From an uncultured Clostridia bacterium (GTDB lineage: Bacteria > Bacillota > Clostridia > TANB77 > CAG-508), in contig CAKPOA010000006.1 of assembly GCA_934169575.1 (NCBI GenBank), forward strand, positions 457 through 64,456: a stretch of DNA of 64,000 nucleotides. Direction: 5' to 3'. Made by a program: the position numbers and the translations under genes. This document shows, in pieces, positions 17,234-26,912 of the stretch. A model generated the notes under the pieces. It did not search any database. It had not been told where the DNA came from and saw nothing but the letters and a program-made list of their open reading frames with translations. How positions within the stretch are numbered: the stretch's first letter is position 1; each line of letters begins with the position of its first letter.

Positions 17234-18849
17234 GGCAACTCTCCTTCTATTGTAACATTTATTGAATTATCAGTTTTATTTCCACTTGAAGATACAACAT
17301 TATTTAATATACCTTTTGTTTTTAATGTAGCTATAAAATATCCTAATTGTTCATAATCTTCAGATGAAGCTTGAATTCTTACAGATTTTCCTGTAGTATT
17401 TTCTATTGAACTTAATTCAACTTTTTCTGGTATTACAAACATAATTTGATTTAATAAATTTGGTATTAAATTTCTACTTGCTGCAATATCACTTGTTCTT
17501 TTATCTATCTCATCTAAATCACTAATTAATGAGCTGTATTTCTTTGTTTTTGTATCAATTGACGTATTGTCTGAATTCACTGCTGATATTTGACTATTTT
17601 GTGTAGATATTAATCCATCAATTTCGTCTTTTTTATCAATCATACTCTTAGATAATAATATTGAAAATACTGTATAAATTATTAAAATCAAAACTACTGT
17701 AGCAATACCTCTAACAAGCCATCTTTCACTTTTTGATAAATCACCCTTTAAATCAAAGTCTAGATTAAACTTCTTATCTTTTTTATCATTGTTTGCAGTA
17801 TTTTTTGAACCTATATCTGATTTTAATAATCTTTTAAATTTTTCCATTGAATTGGTTTTTTGGAAATTGAATTCTTGTATTCCTTCTCCAATTCCTGTCA
17901 TTGCTAAACCAATTGCTGAATTTACCTCTATATATTCTTTAACATTTTTTGCACTACCTTTAACCATTTTTGGTTTTAATATTTCACATTCTATATCTGG
18001 TAAAAACTCTTGAAAATATAAATCTATATTATTTATTATAGCTAATGTACCAGTTAAATATACCTTTTTTATATCTCTCCATGATTCACTTACCAATTCT
18101 TGTACTCTTTGTGCTACTTTGTAAATTGTTGGAATTATATATTGCAAAAATTCCTCATTTTCGCCTCGTGTATCCATTTCTGCTGTATAAATTGTAGTAT
18201 TTTTGCAAATTTCATAAGCTTTTGCATATGAATTTTCAACAACATTTATACTATCTAAAACTTCTTTACTTCCAACATCCATTGTTTCAACTTCATAAAT
18301 ATTTTGATTTATGATTGTTGTTATCATTGTGCTTTCTTCCATATTTACAATTAATTGGTTTTCTTTTGTATTTACTTTTCCAACATTTGTTATTGCTATT
18401 GGAGTAGGCACAATTTTAGTAAGTCTTACTTTTTCTAATGGTTGTGTTTGTCTGTTTAATTCTATTTTATTGATATAAACATCCATTGCCCTTACTTTTT
18501 CATCTTGCCTTACATCTTCCATTAGAGCAAATCTTGTTTCAAAAGCATTTTTATTATATTTATTTTCTTCGCAATAAGTTTCAAATTCTGTAGCAATTGT
18601 GCTTTCAATATCTTTTTTCTTCAATAATGCAAAAACATCAAAATACAAATATTTTTCATTTGATATATTTACACTTATTGGAGTGTTAAAACTAAATGTT
18701 TCTTCTATTATTTTACTAATTTCTGCACTTAAATTAGTATCAAAAAATCTAACGCCAAAAGATTCAATTTTTACATCTTCATGTTCTTTTGAAACTTTTG
18801 CATATTTAATTATGTTGGTTTCAATATATATACCTAAACATTTTTGCAT
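17230..18849 (-). CDS. pilM: PilM-PilN fusion (actin-like ATPase domain + TM + PilN-like domain)
   Basis: The N-terminal CLGIYIETNIIKYAKV resembles the PilM/FtsA-like fold. A central TM (WLVRGIATVVLILIIYTVFSILL) is followed by a PilN-like C-domain. First gene of the pilus operon. Confidence 0.7.
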   Translation of the reverse strand: MQKCLGIYIETNIIKYAKVSKEHEDVKIESFGVRFFDTNLSAEISKIIEETFSFNTPISVNISNEKYLYFDVFALLKKKDIESTIATEFETYCEENKYNKNAFETRFALMEDVRQDEKVRAMDVYINKIELNRQTQPLEKVRLTKIVPTPIAITNVGKVNTKENQLIVNMEESTMITTIINQNIYEVETMDVGSKEVLDSINVVENSYAKAYEICKNTTIYTAEMDTRGENEEFLQYIIPTIYKVAQRVQELVSESWRDIKKVYLTGTLAIINNIDLYFQEFLPDIECEILKPKMVKGSAKNVKEYIEVNSAIGLAMTGIGEGIQEFNFQKTNSMEKFKRLLKSDIGSKNTANNDKKDKKFNLDFDLKGDLSKSERWLVRGIATVVLILIIYTVFSILLSKSMIDKKDEIDGLISTQNSQISAVNSDNTSIDTKTKKYSSLISDLDEIDKRTSDIAASRNLIPNLLNQIMFVIPEKVELSSIENTTGKSVRIQASSEDYEQLGYFIATLKTKGILNNVVSSSGNKTDNSINVTIEGELP

Positions 18850-18965
18850 CTTTTTTTCTCCTTAGTCATTTTTCATATTTCTATTTTATTTTATATTTTT
18901 TCTTTAAAAAAATCAATAGTTTTAACACAAATGTAATATAATTGTAATATTGTTGTAATATTTTT

Positions 18966-19014
18966 AAAAAAGACTGTAAATTAAAGCTTTTAAGCCCTTA
19001 ATTTTACAGTCTTT
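18966..19014 (-). terminator. Intrinsic terminator after the SGNH/DltD-like gene
   Basis: On the minus strand, AAAGACTGTAAAATTAAGGGC...GCTTTAATTTACAGTCTTT is followed by TTTTTT. Confidence 0.65.
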
Positions 19015-19017
19015 CCG

Positions 19018-20001
19018 TTATTTTTCATTTTGTACAGCTGTCTGGAAATTTTCATATGATTTTGCCCAATTATCATAATTTATATCACCACGATGATCTG
19101 GCAAATCATAATTTTCTTTTAAATATTTATTCAAATATGTTGTAACTTTTTTTGCTCCAAAATAATTTATATGATGACCTTTTACATCTCTTGCATCTGT
19201 ATTCCAGTCAAGTCCAATTTCCTTTGTTAGTAAATTCATATCTATGTATTTTACATTATTTGAATCAGCCCATTGCTGTATTCCATTATGTTTTTTATAA
19301 TTCCAATTTCCAGAGTTTGGTGCTGTTACTAATATTAATTCTATATCATGTGAATCACAATATTGTTTTATCAATTTCAAACAAATTTTATTCAAATTTT
19401 TAATTTTTGTTGTTCCTTTATTTTTTTGCATAAAGTTTTCTTGATAATCTGTTTTTACTTGTTTAATACTTTTACATAAAAATAATCCTTTTGAATCATC
19501 AACATATGTATTTTTAAATTCAAATTTAAAATCATCTGAATTTAATGTTTTCCATCTGTTATGGTATTCTATTACTGGTAAGATTTTATATGAAGTTTCT
19601 GCAAGAGGTCTAGATTTACTATACCATTGATAAATAGAATCAGTTTCAAGCATAACTACTTTTGGATTTTGATTTTTCATTACTTTTATAAAATCATAAT
19701 AACAATCTATTAGTGGTTGTGATGGTACACCATGTGCATATGCTGTAAAACCATAATCTCCCCAGCCATCCATTGGTATATATGCTGAATATGCTTCACT
19801 ATCTCCCATAAAATATACATCAATAGAGTTTTTCTTTTCAGCAAAAACTCCAATTGCAGTTGTTTCTAAATATGGAACACCTGCCTTTTCAGTATTGTCT
19901 TTTGGAAGTGTTATAACAGAACATATCTCTAATAAAATTATTAATATTAGTACAAAAACTACACATCTTAGTATAATTTTATTTAGTTTCATTTTTTTCA
20001 T
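19018..20001 (-). CDS. Extracytoplasmic SGNH/DltD-AlgJ-like acyltransfer partner protein
   Basis: N-terminal membrane anchor, a GDSE block (YFMGDSEAYS), and a late D..GHH block (DARDVKGHHINYFG). Adjacent to the MBOAT gene. An alternative start at ATG 19992 is possible. Confidence 0.6.
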   Translation of the reverse strand: MKKMKLNKIILRCVVFVLILIILLEICSVITLPKDNTEKAGVPYLETTAIGVFAEKKNSIDVYFMGDSEAYSAYIPMDGWGDYGFTAYAHGVPSQPLIDCYYDFIKVMKNQNPKVVMLETDSIYQWYSKSRPLAETSYKILPVIEYHNRWKTLNSDDFKFEFKNTYVDDSKGLFLCKSIKQVKTDYQENFMQKNKGTTKIKNLNKICLKLIKQYCDSHDIELILVTAPNSGNWNYKKHNGIQQWADSNNVKYIDMNLLTKEIGLDWNTDARDVKGHHINYFGAKKVTTYLNKYLKENYDLPDHRGDINYDNWAKSYENFQTAVQNEK

Positions 20002-20014
20002 CCTTCCATTCTAA

Positions 20015-21604
20015 TTAAAAACTTGCATACATAGGATCAACTGGTGTATAACCAACTCCATATGCTCCAAATATAATAATTGATAAAATTAAAGCATAAT
20101 ACAAAGTCCATCTAATTACTATATTTTTGCTTGCTATTTTTTCTCTAATATTTATATTTTTTTCTTTCATTATGCTTGTTATAAATACTATAACAACAAA
20201 TACTGCAACTATTATAAAGTCATGTGCATCTATTCCAAGTTTTAAGAATGTTCCATCTGCAAAAGATGCAAATGTGAAATTAGTAAATATTGTTTTAAGC
20301 ATTATTAAACCAGCTTTTAATCCTTTAGCTCTAAAGAATAATTCGCCAATAAATACTAAACAAGTTGTTCTTACTATTTGGAATATTCTATATGGCCAAC
20401 ACTCTCTATTTATATGTAATTTTTCTGTCACAAATTTCACAACAGGCTCCATTATATTTCCAAGTAATATCAATCCAAAATGATACATTCCAAAGAATAT
20501 AAAGCTCCATGCTGCTCCATGCCATAATCCATTACTTATCCATACACAAAATAGTGCTATTGAACTTGCAAGTAGTGGTCCATAATGTTTTCCTAATTTT
20601 TTTCTTCCTTTAGTTGTTAATTTTTTTAACGGTTCTGATAATGATAATGGGTAGAAAATATAATCTCTAAACCACGCACCTAATGTTATATGCCATCTTG
20701 TCCAGAAATCTGATATTGATTTTGAGAAAAATGGCTGTCTGAAGTTTTCTGGTAGTTTTACTCCAAATATTTGTGCACTTCCTATTACTGTATCCATTGT
20801 ACCTGAAAAATCCATATATAATTGAACTGTATACAATATCATTCCAAGTGCAATTATTCCGCCATCATATTGTGCATAATTTGTAAATACTGTTTTTACT
20901 AATGTATTTAATCTGTCTGCAATTATCATTTTTTTAGCGAATCCCCATAATATACGTTGAATTCCAAATGTTAAATCTTTATATGTTGTTTTCTTTCCTT
21001 CATATAATTGCATTGCAGTATCTGAATATCTGCATATTGGTCCTTCCATTATTTGAGGGAAAAATGCCATAAATAATGCTAACCTTCCAAGATTTCTATC
21101 TGCCTTGATTTTTTCATGATATACATCAAACATATATGATACAGCTTGAAATGTATAAAATGATATTCCTATTGGTAAAGCAAATTTTGCTATTGATAAT
21201 TGTATTGGTAAATGTACAAAATCTAATAAAAGATTTATGTTTGTTCCTAAAAATTTTGAATATTTTAAAACTATCAATAATCCAATATGTAATATTACTG
21301 CAAATAATAATACACTTCTTTGCTTTTTCAAATATTGTTTTCTTATTTCTTTCTTTTTATCTTTTTCCGCTTCTTTTAGTAAATTATTTCTTTCATTTTG
21401 TAATGATGTAAGCCATAATCCAAAATGATGTATTGATAATGTTGATAATAACAAATATATTATTAATTTTCCACTAATTGACCAGAAAAATATATAACTT
21501 GCAATTAATAATACTTTCCATCTATGTTTTTGTGGTACGATATTATAAATTAGTATTGTTAGTGGTAAAAATACTGCTGCATATAATGCATCACAATAAG
21601 TCAT
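20015..21604 (-). CDS. MBOAT-family membrane O-acyltransferase (AlgI/DltB-like)
   Basis: Polytopic membrane protein of 529 aa with conserved His context (FWTRWHITLGAWFRDYIFYPL ... NGLWHGAAW), typical of AlgI/DltB. Confidence 0.85.
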   Translation of the reverse strand: MTYCDALYAAVFLPLTILIYNIVPQKHRWKVLLIASYIFFWSISGKLIIYLLLSTLSIHHFGLWLTSLQNERNNLLKEAEKDKKKEIRKQYLKKQRSVLLFAVILHIGLLIVLKYSKFLGTNINLLLDFVHLPIQLSIAKFALPIGISFYTFQAVSYMFDVYHEKIKADRNLGRLALFMAFFPQIMEGPICRYSDTAMQLYEGKKTTYKDLTFGIQRILWGFAKKMIIADRLNTLVKTVFTNYAQYDGGIIALGMILYTVQLYMDFSGTMDTVIGSAQIFGVKLPENFRQPFFSKSISDFWTRWHITLGAWFRDYIFYPLSLSEPLKKLTTKGRKKLGKHYGPLLASSIALFCVWISNGLWHGAAWSFIFFGMYHFGLILLGNIMEPVVKFVTEKLHINRECWPYRIFQIVRTTCLVFIGELFFRAKGLKAGLIMLKTIFTNFTFASFADGTFLKLGIDAHDFIIVAVFVVIVFITSIMKEKNINIREKIASKNIVIRWTLYYALILSIIIFGAYGVGYTPVDPMYASF

Positions 21605-21638
21605 TTTTTATTTCATTCCTTTCCATATTTTAAAACAC

Positions 21639-21679
21639 ATATCTAATAGGAAAGTTTTTTTAACTTTCCTATTAGATAT
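21639..21679 (-). terminator. Perfect 18-bp hairpin between the carrier-protein gene and the MBOAT gene (intra-operon attenuator or processing site)
   Basis: ATATCTAATAGGAAAGTT-TTTTT-AACTTTCCTATTAGATAT. On the minus strand it is followed by GTGTTTTAAAA. Confidence 0.5.
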
Positions 21680-21694
21680 AAGATTATTTTTCTA

Positions 21695-21925
21695 TTATCC
21701 TTCTTCTTGTAATTTTTGAATCATTTCCCACATTGCTTGTGCAGAATTGAAATTATCAGGTATTATTTCAACTGTTGGAATTACAATATCAAATTCATCT
21801 TCTAATTCTGCAACTAATGAAATTATTGCAAGTGAATCTAAATAATGATCATCAATTAAAGTTGTACATGTTTTGTAATCAACACCATCTTCAATTTCTT
21901 CTAAAATTTCAATTAATCTTTCCAT
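21695..21925 (-). CDS. DltC-like aminoacyl/acyl carrier protein
   Basis: 76 aa with the phosphopantetheine Ser in HYLDSLAIISLVAELEDEF. Start set to ATG 21925 behind an AAGGGAG RBS. Confidence 0.8.
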   Translation of the reverse strand: MERLIEILEEIEDGVDYKTCTTLIDDHYLDSLAIISLVAELEDEFDIVIPTVEIIPDNFNSAQAMWEMIQKLQEEG

Positions 21926-22012
21926 TTTTTTAACTCCCTTCTTCTCCCAAATCAAATCTTATATATTATAGATATTTAAAATATTAATTTGGTTCATTTT
22001 TTATTAATTTTT

Positions 22013-23188
22013 TTAATAACATGGTTTATTTAAATTATAAGTTTCGAATCTTTTTCTTATAATTTCTATTTTTCCATCTTGTTTTAATAATGCTACTTGT
22101 GGTAAATCTCTACTTAAAAATAGTGATATTCCCTCTGTTACAGAATAAGCTCCAGTATTTTCAAAAACAAATACATCACCTATTTTTAAATCAGTTATTG
22201 GCAATTGTTTTACAATAATATCATTTATTGTACATAAAGATCCACATATATTCCATTCTTCTGTTTCTCCACTTTTTTGTGGATACATTTTATACCATGG
22301 ATGTTTCATTGCCATTGTTTGTCCATAATATACTAATTGATGTATTCCTCCATCTACTATAGCATAATTTTGTCCATTATTTGTTTTCATATCAACTACT
22401 TTTGTCATATAACTTCCACAACTTGCAACCATACTTCTTCCAACTTCAAGAGTTATTTGACCTTTAAATTTCATATTATTTAATATTTTTGAAAATTCTT
22501 CAAAAAATGTTTTTTCATCAAATTCTTCACTTTTGAAATAATATACAGGAAAACCTGTTCCAAATTCTATCTCTTTAGTTTCAAATCCATATGTCTCATA
22601 TAGGTATACTACAAAATCATCTACTTTGTCAATCTCTTTTTGCAATCTTTTTAAAGAATGTTTTTGAGTTCCAGAGAAAAACTGAATTCCTGCAATTTCT
22701 ATATTAGGATATTTTTCTTTATTTTTGATAAATTCTTCTATATCTTGTTCATTCATTCCAAATTGATTTCCACTTGTTAATCTTAACAAAACATTTAATT
22801 TTACATTATGTTTTTTTGATAATTTATCTAATAAATAAAATTGTTCAATTGATTCTGCTGTATAATGTCCAATATCTGGAGTGTTTACAATCATTTCTTC
22901 TATAGATTCTGGCGTTTTATTTACTCCTGATATTACAAGTTTGCTTGTTGTAACACCTGTTTCTTTACATATATGATATTCACCAGGTGAACATACTTCA
23001 AATCTATCAACACATTCATTTACTTCTTTTACTATAAAAGAATTTGCCTTTATTGCATAACATAATAAAATTTTTTCTGGTAAACTATTTTTCATATATT
23101 CAATTCTTTGTTTTAATTTAGCTATATCATACACATATATTGGTGTATCATATTTTTTTACAATTTCTGCAATATTTTCATCTTTCAT
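22013..23188 (-). CDS. PLP-dependent fold-type III decarboxylase (Orn/DAP/Arg decarboxylase family)
   Basis: PLP-Lys context CYAIKANSF, EFGTGFP (the GGGF-equivalent), and C-terminal CGSLCTINDII and ENTGAYS motifs. ATGA overlap with the upstream adenylation gene. Confidence 0.75.
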   Translation of the reverse strand: MKDENIAEIVKKYDTPIYVYDIAKLKQRIEYMKNSLPEKILLCYAIKANSFIVKEVNECVDRFEVCSPGEYHICKETGVTTSKLVISGVNKTPESIEEMIVNTPDIGHYTAESIEQFYLLDKLSKKHNVKLNVLLRLTSGNQFGMNEQDIEEFIKNKEKYPNIEIAGIQFFSGTQKHSLKRLQKEIDKVDDFVVYLYETYGFETKEIEFGTGFPVYYFKSEEFDEKTFFEEFSKILNNMKFKGQITLEVGRSMVASCGSYMTKVVDMKTNNGQNYAIVDGGIHQLVYYGQTMAMKHPWYKMYPQKSGETEEWNICGSLCTINDIIVKQLPITDLKIGDVFVFENTGAYSVTEGISLFLSRDLPQVALLKQDGKIEIIRKRFETYNLNKPCY

Positions 23189-24699
23189 TTTTTCTTTCCT
23201 CCAATCATTCCCATTAATTCTTTTCTATCAATCTTTCCATTTTTAGTCATAGGAAATTTTTCAATTTGTTTTATAGAGTTTGGTATCATAAATACTGGTA
23301 AATCTTTTCTTAATTCCTCTAGCACTTGTGCTTTTTCAATATTTCCAACATAAAATCCATATAATCTACCTTTTTGTTCATTAAATATGCAGCAACTTCT
23401 ATCAATTTGTGGAACTTTTTCCATTGCTCTTTCTATTTCTTCTAATTCAATTCTATGTCCCATAAATTTAATTTGAAAATCTTTTCTTCCTGCAAAACAC
23501 ATTTCACCATTTTCATTATAATATGCCAAATCACCTGTTCTATATATGTAATCATTATATTTTGTGTTTAATGGGTTTTGTACAAATCTTGAATCTGTTT
23601 GTTCTCTTGAATTATAATATCCTAATGCTAGAGCAACTCCTCTTACACAAATTTCACCATTTATACCTTTTTCGACAATTTTCTTATTTTGGTCATCTAA
23701 TAAAAATACCTCTTCATTTGGAAATGGTTTTCCCATTGGTAAAGTTTTTTCATATTGTTTATTATTGTCAACAATATAATATGTACAATTACATGTTATT
23801 TCTGTTGGTCCATATAAGTTTACAAACATTGCATTTGGTAAATGTTCAATCCATTGTTTTAAATGTTTTAATGGCATCACTTCACCACTAAATAACACTT
23901 TATTTACTGTTTCAGGTGTTTTATAATCTAAACCGTGAAATGTTGTTATCAAACACAATGCTGATACAGCCCATATCATTGTTGTCACTTTATTTTCACA
24001 AATAAAATCTAACAATTCTGTTGGTAAAGAAAAATATTTTTTAGGAATTATTACAAGTGTTGCACCAGTTTTTAATGCTGAATATATATCTTTTACAGAT
24101 ACATCAAAATCAAATGGTGCTTGATTTCCAATAACATCTTTTTCTGTAATATTAAATATTTCAGTAAAATTATCTATAAAATCCATTACAGAATGATTAC
24201 TTACAACAACACCTTTTGGTATTCCTGTTGATCCAGATGTAAAATTTGCATATAATGGGTCAATATCTAATATATTTTCTCTTATATTTGCTAATAACTC
24301 CTCATCAATCTCACTATTTTTTAAATCTTCAACCAATAATATTTCTTTTTTAAATATTGTTTTTGCAAGTTCTTGATTTTTTTCATCTGTTATTATTATT
24401 TCAGGCTCTAATACCTCTATTATGTGTTCTAGTCTTGTTTGTGGCAAATCAGGATTTAACAAAACATAAAAACAATTTGCATATACTGCTCCTAAAAATG
24501 AATTTAAAGCATTTATTCCTTTTTCCATCAATACAGGCACAGGTCTTTTTGTCTCTATTTTCTTTGCTATTTCACTTCCTATTTTTTTGCTGTTTTCCAT
24601 TAATTCCTTATATGTACATTTTCCATGTTCATCTATTACTGCTATTTTATTTTCATCTCTTTTTTTTGAGTTTTCTAAATATTCTAATATTGTTCTCAT
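23185..24699 (-). CDS. DltA-like amino-acid adenylation enzyme (carrier-protein ligase)
   Basis: 504 aa, the size of DltA. Core motifs FTSGSTGIPKGV, NLYGPTE, YRTGDL, GRKDFQIKFMGHRIELEEIE and GKIDRKEL. Confidence 0.85.
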   Translation of the reverse strand: MRTILEYLENSKKRDENKIAVIDEHGKCTYKELMENSKKIGSEIAKKIETKRPVPVLMEKGINALNSFLGAVYANCFYVLLNPDLPQTRLEHIIEVLEPEIIITDEKNQELAKTIFKKEILLVEDLKNSEIDEELLANIRENILDIDPLYANFTSGSTGIPKGVVVSNHSVMDFIDNFTEIFNITEKDVIGNQAPFDFDVSVKDIYSALKTGATLVIIPKKYFSLPTELLDFICENKVTTMIWAVSALCLITTFHGLDYKTPETVNKVLFSGEVMPLKHLKQWIEHLPNAMFVNLYGPTEITCNCTYYIVDNNKQYEKTLPMGKPFPNEEVFLLDDQNKKIVEKGINGEICVRGVALALGYYNSREQTDSRFVQNPLNTKYNDYIYRTGDLAYYNENGEMCFAGRKDFQIKFMGHRIELEEIERAMEKVPQIDRSCCIFNEQKGRLYGFYVGNIEKAQVLEELRKDLPVFMIPNSIKQIEKFPMTKNGKIDRKELMGMIGGKKK

Positions 24700-24770
24700 T
24701 TTTCCACTTCCTTTTTACATTCCCTATTATACCAACTTTGCAAATAAAATTCAAGCTTTTTTATAATTTT

Positions 24771-24799
24771 GAATAATTTTATTTTTTTTGCACATAATA
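24771..24799 (+). promoter_or_regulatory. Forespore sigma-G/sigma-F-type promoter for spoVA
   Basis: GAATA-17 nt-CATAATA, located ~35 nt upstream of the spoVAC start. Matches the GnATR-N17/18-CATnnTA consensus known for Bacillus and Clostridium forespore promoters. Confidence 0.55.
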
Positions 24800-24833
24800 A
24801 CAGCAATATTTTATAAAAAGAAAGGACTTTACT

Positions 24834-25298
24834 ATGGAAAATCCATTAAACACAAAAAAAGAATATAAAGAATATGTTGAACAAAAATCACCAAATTCTC
24901 CAATATTAAAAAATTGTTTTAATGCATTCTGGGTTGGAGGTTTAATATGTTCAATAGGTCAAATAATATTAAGCTATTGTTTATATAAGGGAATTGATAA
25001 AGAAATAGCTGGAACAATTGTATCAATAGTTTTAATTGCCATTAGTGCATTTCTAACAGCTTTAAATTTATTTAATAAAATAGGAAAATTCGCAGGTGCA
25101 GGTTCTTTAATTCCAATAACTGGATTTGCAAATTCTATTGTTGCACCATCTATGGAATATAAGTCTGAAGGATATGTTATGGGAGTTGGATCTAAAATGT
25201 TTACTGTTGCAGGACCAGTTTTAGTTTTTGGAATATGTAGTGCAATTATAGTAGGAATTGTATTTTTAATATTTAATACACCTGCAACATTAGTTTAA
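24834..25298 (+). CDS. spoVAC: Stage V sporulation protein AC
   Basis: 154-aa four-TM protein with the characteristic NAFWVGGLICSIGQ and ITGFANS segments. Followed by spoVAD and spoVAE. Confidence 0.9.
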   Translation: MENPLNTKKEYKEYVEQKSPNSPILKNCFNAFWVGGLICSIGQIILSYCLYKGIDKEIAGTIVSIVLIAISAFLTALNLFNKIGKFAGAGSLIPITGFANSIVAPSMEYKSEGYVMGVGSKMFTVAGPVLVFGICSAIIVGIVFLIFNTPATLV

Positions 25299-25329
25299 TA
25301 TCAAAATTTAAATAGCCTTAAAATATTAA

Positions 25330-25467
25330 TATATATTGTATTATTTTATGAATACCGCGTAAGCGACCAAACGAGCATAGCGAGTGCGATTGGAGCAATT
25401 TTCATTATATTGATTTTTGAAAAGAAAATTGCGACTGCAAGGTATGAAAAAAATAATACAATATATA
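25330..25467 (+). repeat. Copy 2 of the dispersed structured repeat, inside the spoVAC-spoVAD spacer
   Basis: Core CGCGTAAGCGACCAAACGAGCATAGCGAGTGCGATTGGAGCAATTTTC...GAAAATTGCGACTGCAAGGTAT. Arms TATATATTGTATTATTTT and their complement. Confidence 0.85.
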
Positions 25468-25507
25468 AATTAAATTTATAATCAATTTATATGAAAGGAA
25501 TTGAAAA

Positions 25508-26509
25508 ATGCAAAAATTAGGAAAACAAACTATAAAATTTAATAATCCACCCACAATTGTTGATTGTGCATGTATTGTCGGACCAAAAGAAGCAGATGGT
25601 CCACTAGCAAAATATTTTGACAAATGTTTAGACAATGAAATGTGGGGCGAAAAAACTTGGGAAAAAGCAGAAAGTAAAATCATAAAAGAAACTGTAAATA
25701 CTGCAATATCTAAATCAGGTGTTGCAACTGATGATATTGAATACTGTTTTGCAGGAGATTTACTTAATCAATGTATTTCATCAAGTTTCGGTTTAAGAGA
25801 ATTAAACATTCCATTTTTTGGAATATTTGGTGCATGCTCAACATTTGTAGAAGGTTTATCACTCGCCTCTGTTTTTGTAGAAAATGGTATAAATTATGCA
25901 ATTTGTGCATCATCAAGTCATTTTTGTAGTTCAGAAAAACAATTTAGATTTCCATTAGAACTTGGAAATCAAAGACCACCAACAGCACAATGGACAGTTA
26001 CTGGTGCTGGTTCAGCAATTATTTCAAGAACTGGACAAGGTCCTTTTGTAACACATATTACTTCTGGAAAAATTGTTGATATGGGAATTAAAGATGGAAA
26101 TAATATGGGGGCAGCTATGGCACCAGCGGCATTTGATACTATTATAGCTCATTTTCAAGATACAGGTAGAACACCAGATTATTATGATGCTATTTTTACA
26201 GGTGATTTAGGATATATTGGAAAAGATATTTTGATTGATTTATGTAAAAATGCTGGATATGATATTTCATCAATTTATGATGATTGTGGAGTTTTAATTT
26301 TTGATAGAAAAAAACAAGACACTCATTCTGGTGGAAGTGGTTGTGGATGTTGTGCAAGTGTTTTTTCAGGTTATTTATTCAAACAATTAAAAGAACAAAA
26401 TTTAAAACACATATTATTAATTGCCACTGGTGCACTTATGAACTCAACAAGTTCTCAACAAGGTGAATCAATTCCAGGAATTGCCCACGCAGTTAGTATT
26501 GAAATTTAG
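25508..26509 (+). CDS. spoVAD: Stage V sporulation protein AD (thiolase-fold)
   Basis: 333 aa with typical SpoVAD segments (GPKEADGPL, GACSTFVEGL, GGSGCGCCA). Operon context. Confidence 0.9.
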   Translation: MQKLGKQTIKFNNPPTIVDCACIVGPKEADGPLAKYFDKCLDNEMWGEKTWEKAESKIIKETVNTAISKSGVATDDIEYCFAGDLLNQCISSSFGLRELNIPFFGIFGACSTFVEGLSLASVFVENGINYAICASSSHFCSSEKQFRFPLELGNQRPPTAQWTVTGAGSAIISRTGQGPFVTHITSGKIVDMGIKDGNNMGAAMAPAAFDTIIAHFQDTGRTPDYYDAIFTGDLGYIGKDILIDLCKNAGYDISSIYDDCGVLIFDRKKQDTHSGGSGCGCCASVFSGYLFKQLKEQNLKHILLIATGALMNSTSSQQGESIPGIAHAVSIEI

Positions 26510-26525
26510 GAGGATATGATTAATT

Positions 26526-26912
26526 ATGGAATTTTTTAATGGTTTTGATTGGATGCAATTATTCAGATGTTTTATTGTTGGAGGAATTTTATGTATTATT
26601 GGTCAAATATTAATTGATAAAACAAAACTTACTCCTGCAAGGATTTTAGTTATATATGTTACAGCTGGTGTTATATTAGGCGGACTTGGTATTTATCAAT
26701 ATTTAGTTGATTTTGCTGGAGCAGGTGCAACAGTTCCGCTTACAGGTTTTGGCTATAACTTAGCAAAAGGTACAATAGAAACTGTAAAACAAACAGGCTT
26801 AATTGGTGCATTTACAGGAGGACTTAAAGCAAGTGCTGGAGGTATTGCTGCTGCAGTATTTTTTGGATATATAGCATCTCTTATTTCTAAACCTAAAATG
26901 AAAAAACAATAG
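26526..26912 (+). CDS. spoVAE: Stage V sporulation protein AE (SpoVAEb-type)
   Basis: 128-aa membrane protein homologous by eye to SpoVAC (FIVGGILCIIGQ, LTGFGYN). GGAGG RBS. Confidence 0.85.
   Translation: MEFFNGFDWMQLFRCFIVGGILCIIGQILIDKTKLTPARILVIYVTAGVILGGLGIYQYLVDFAGAGATVPLTGFGYNLAKGTIETVKQTGLIGAFTGGLKASAGGIAAAVFFGYIASLISKPKMKKQ

Noticed and set aside
25405-25683. A 92-codon minus-strand ORF spanning the repeat copy and the spoVAD 5' end.
   Set aside because: It overlaps the spoVAD coding start and the structured repeat, and it has no RBS. It is an artefact of an open antisense frame.
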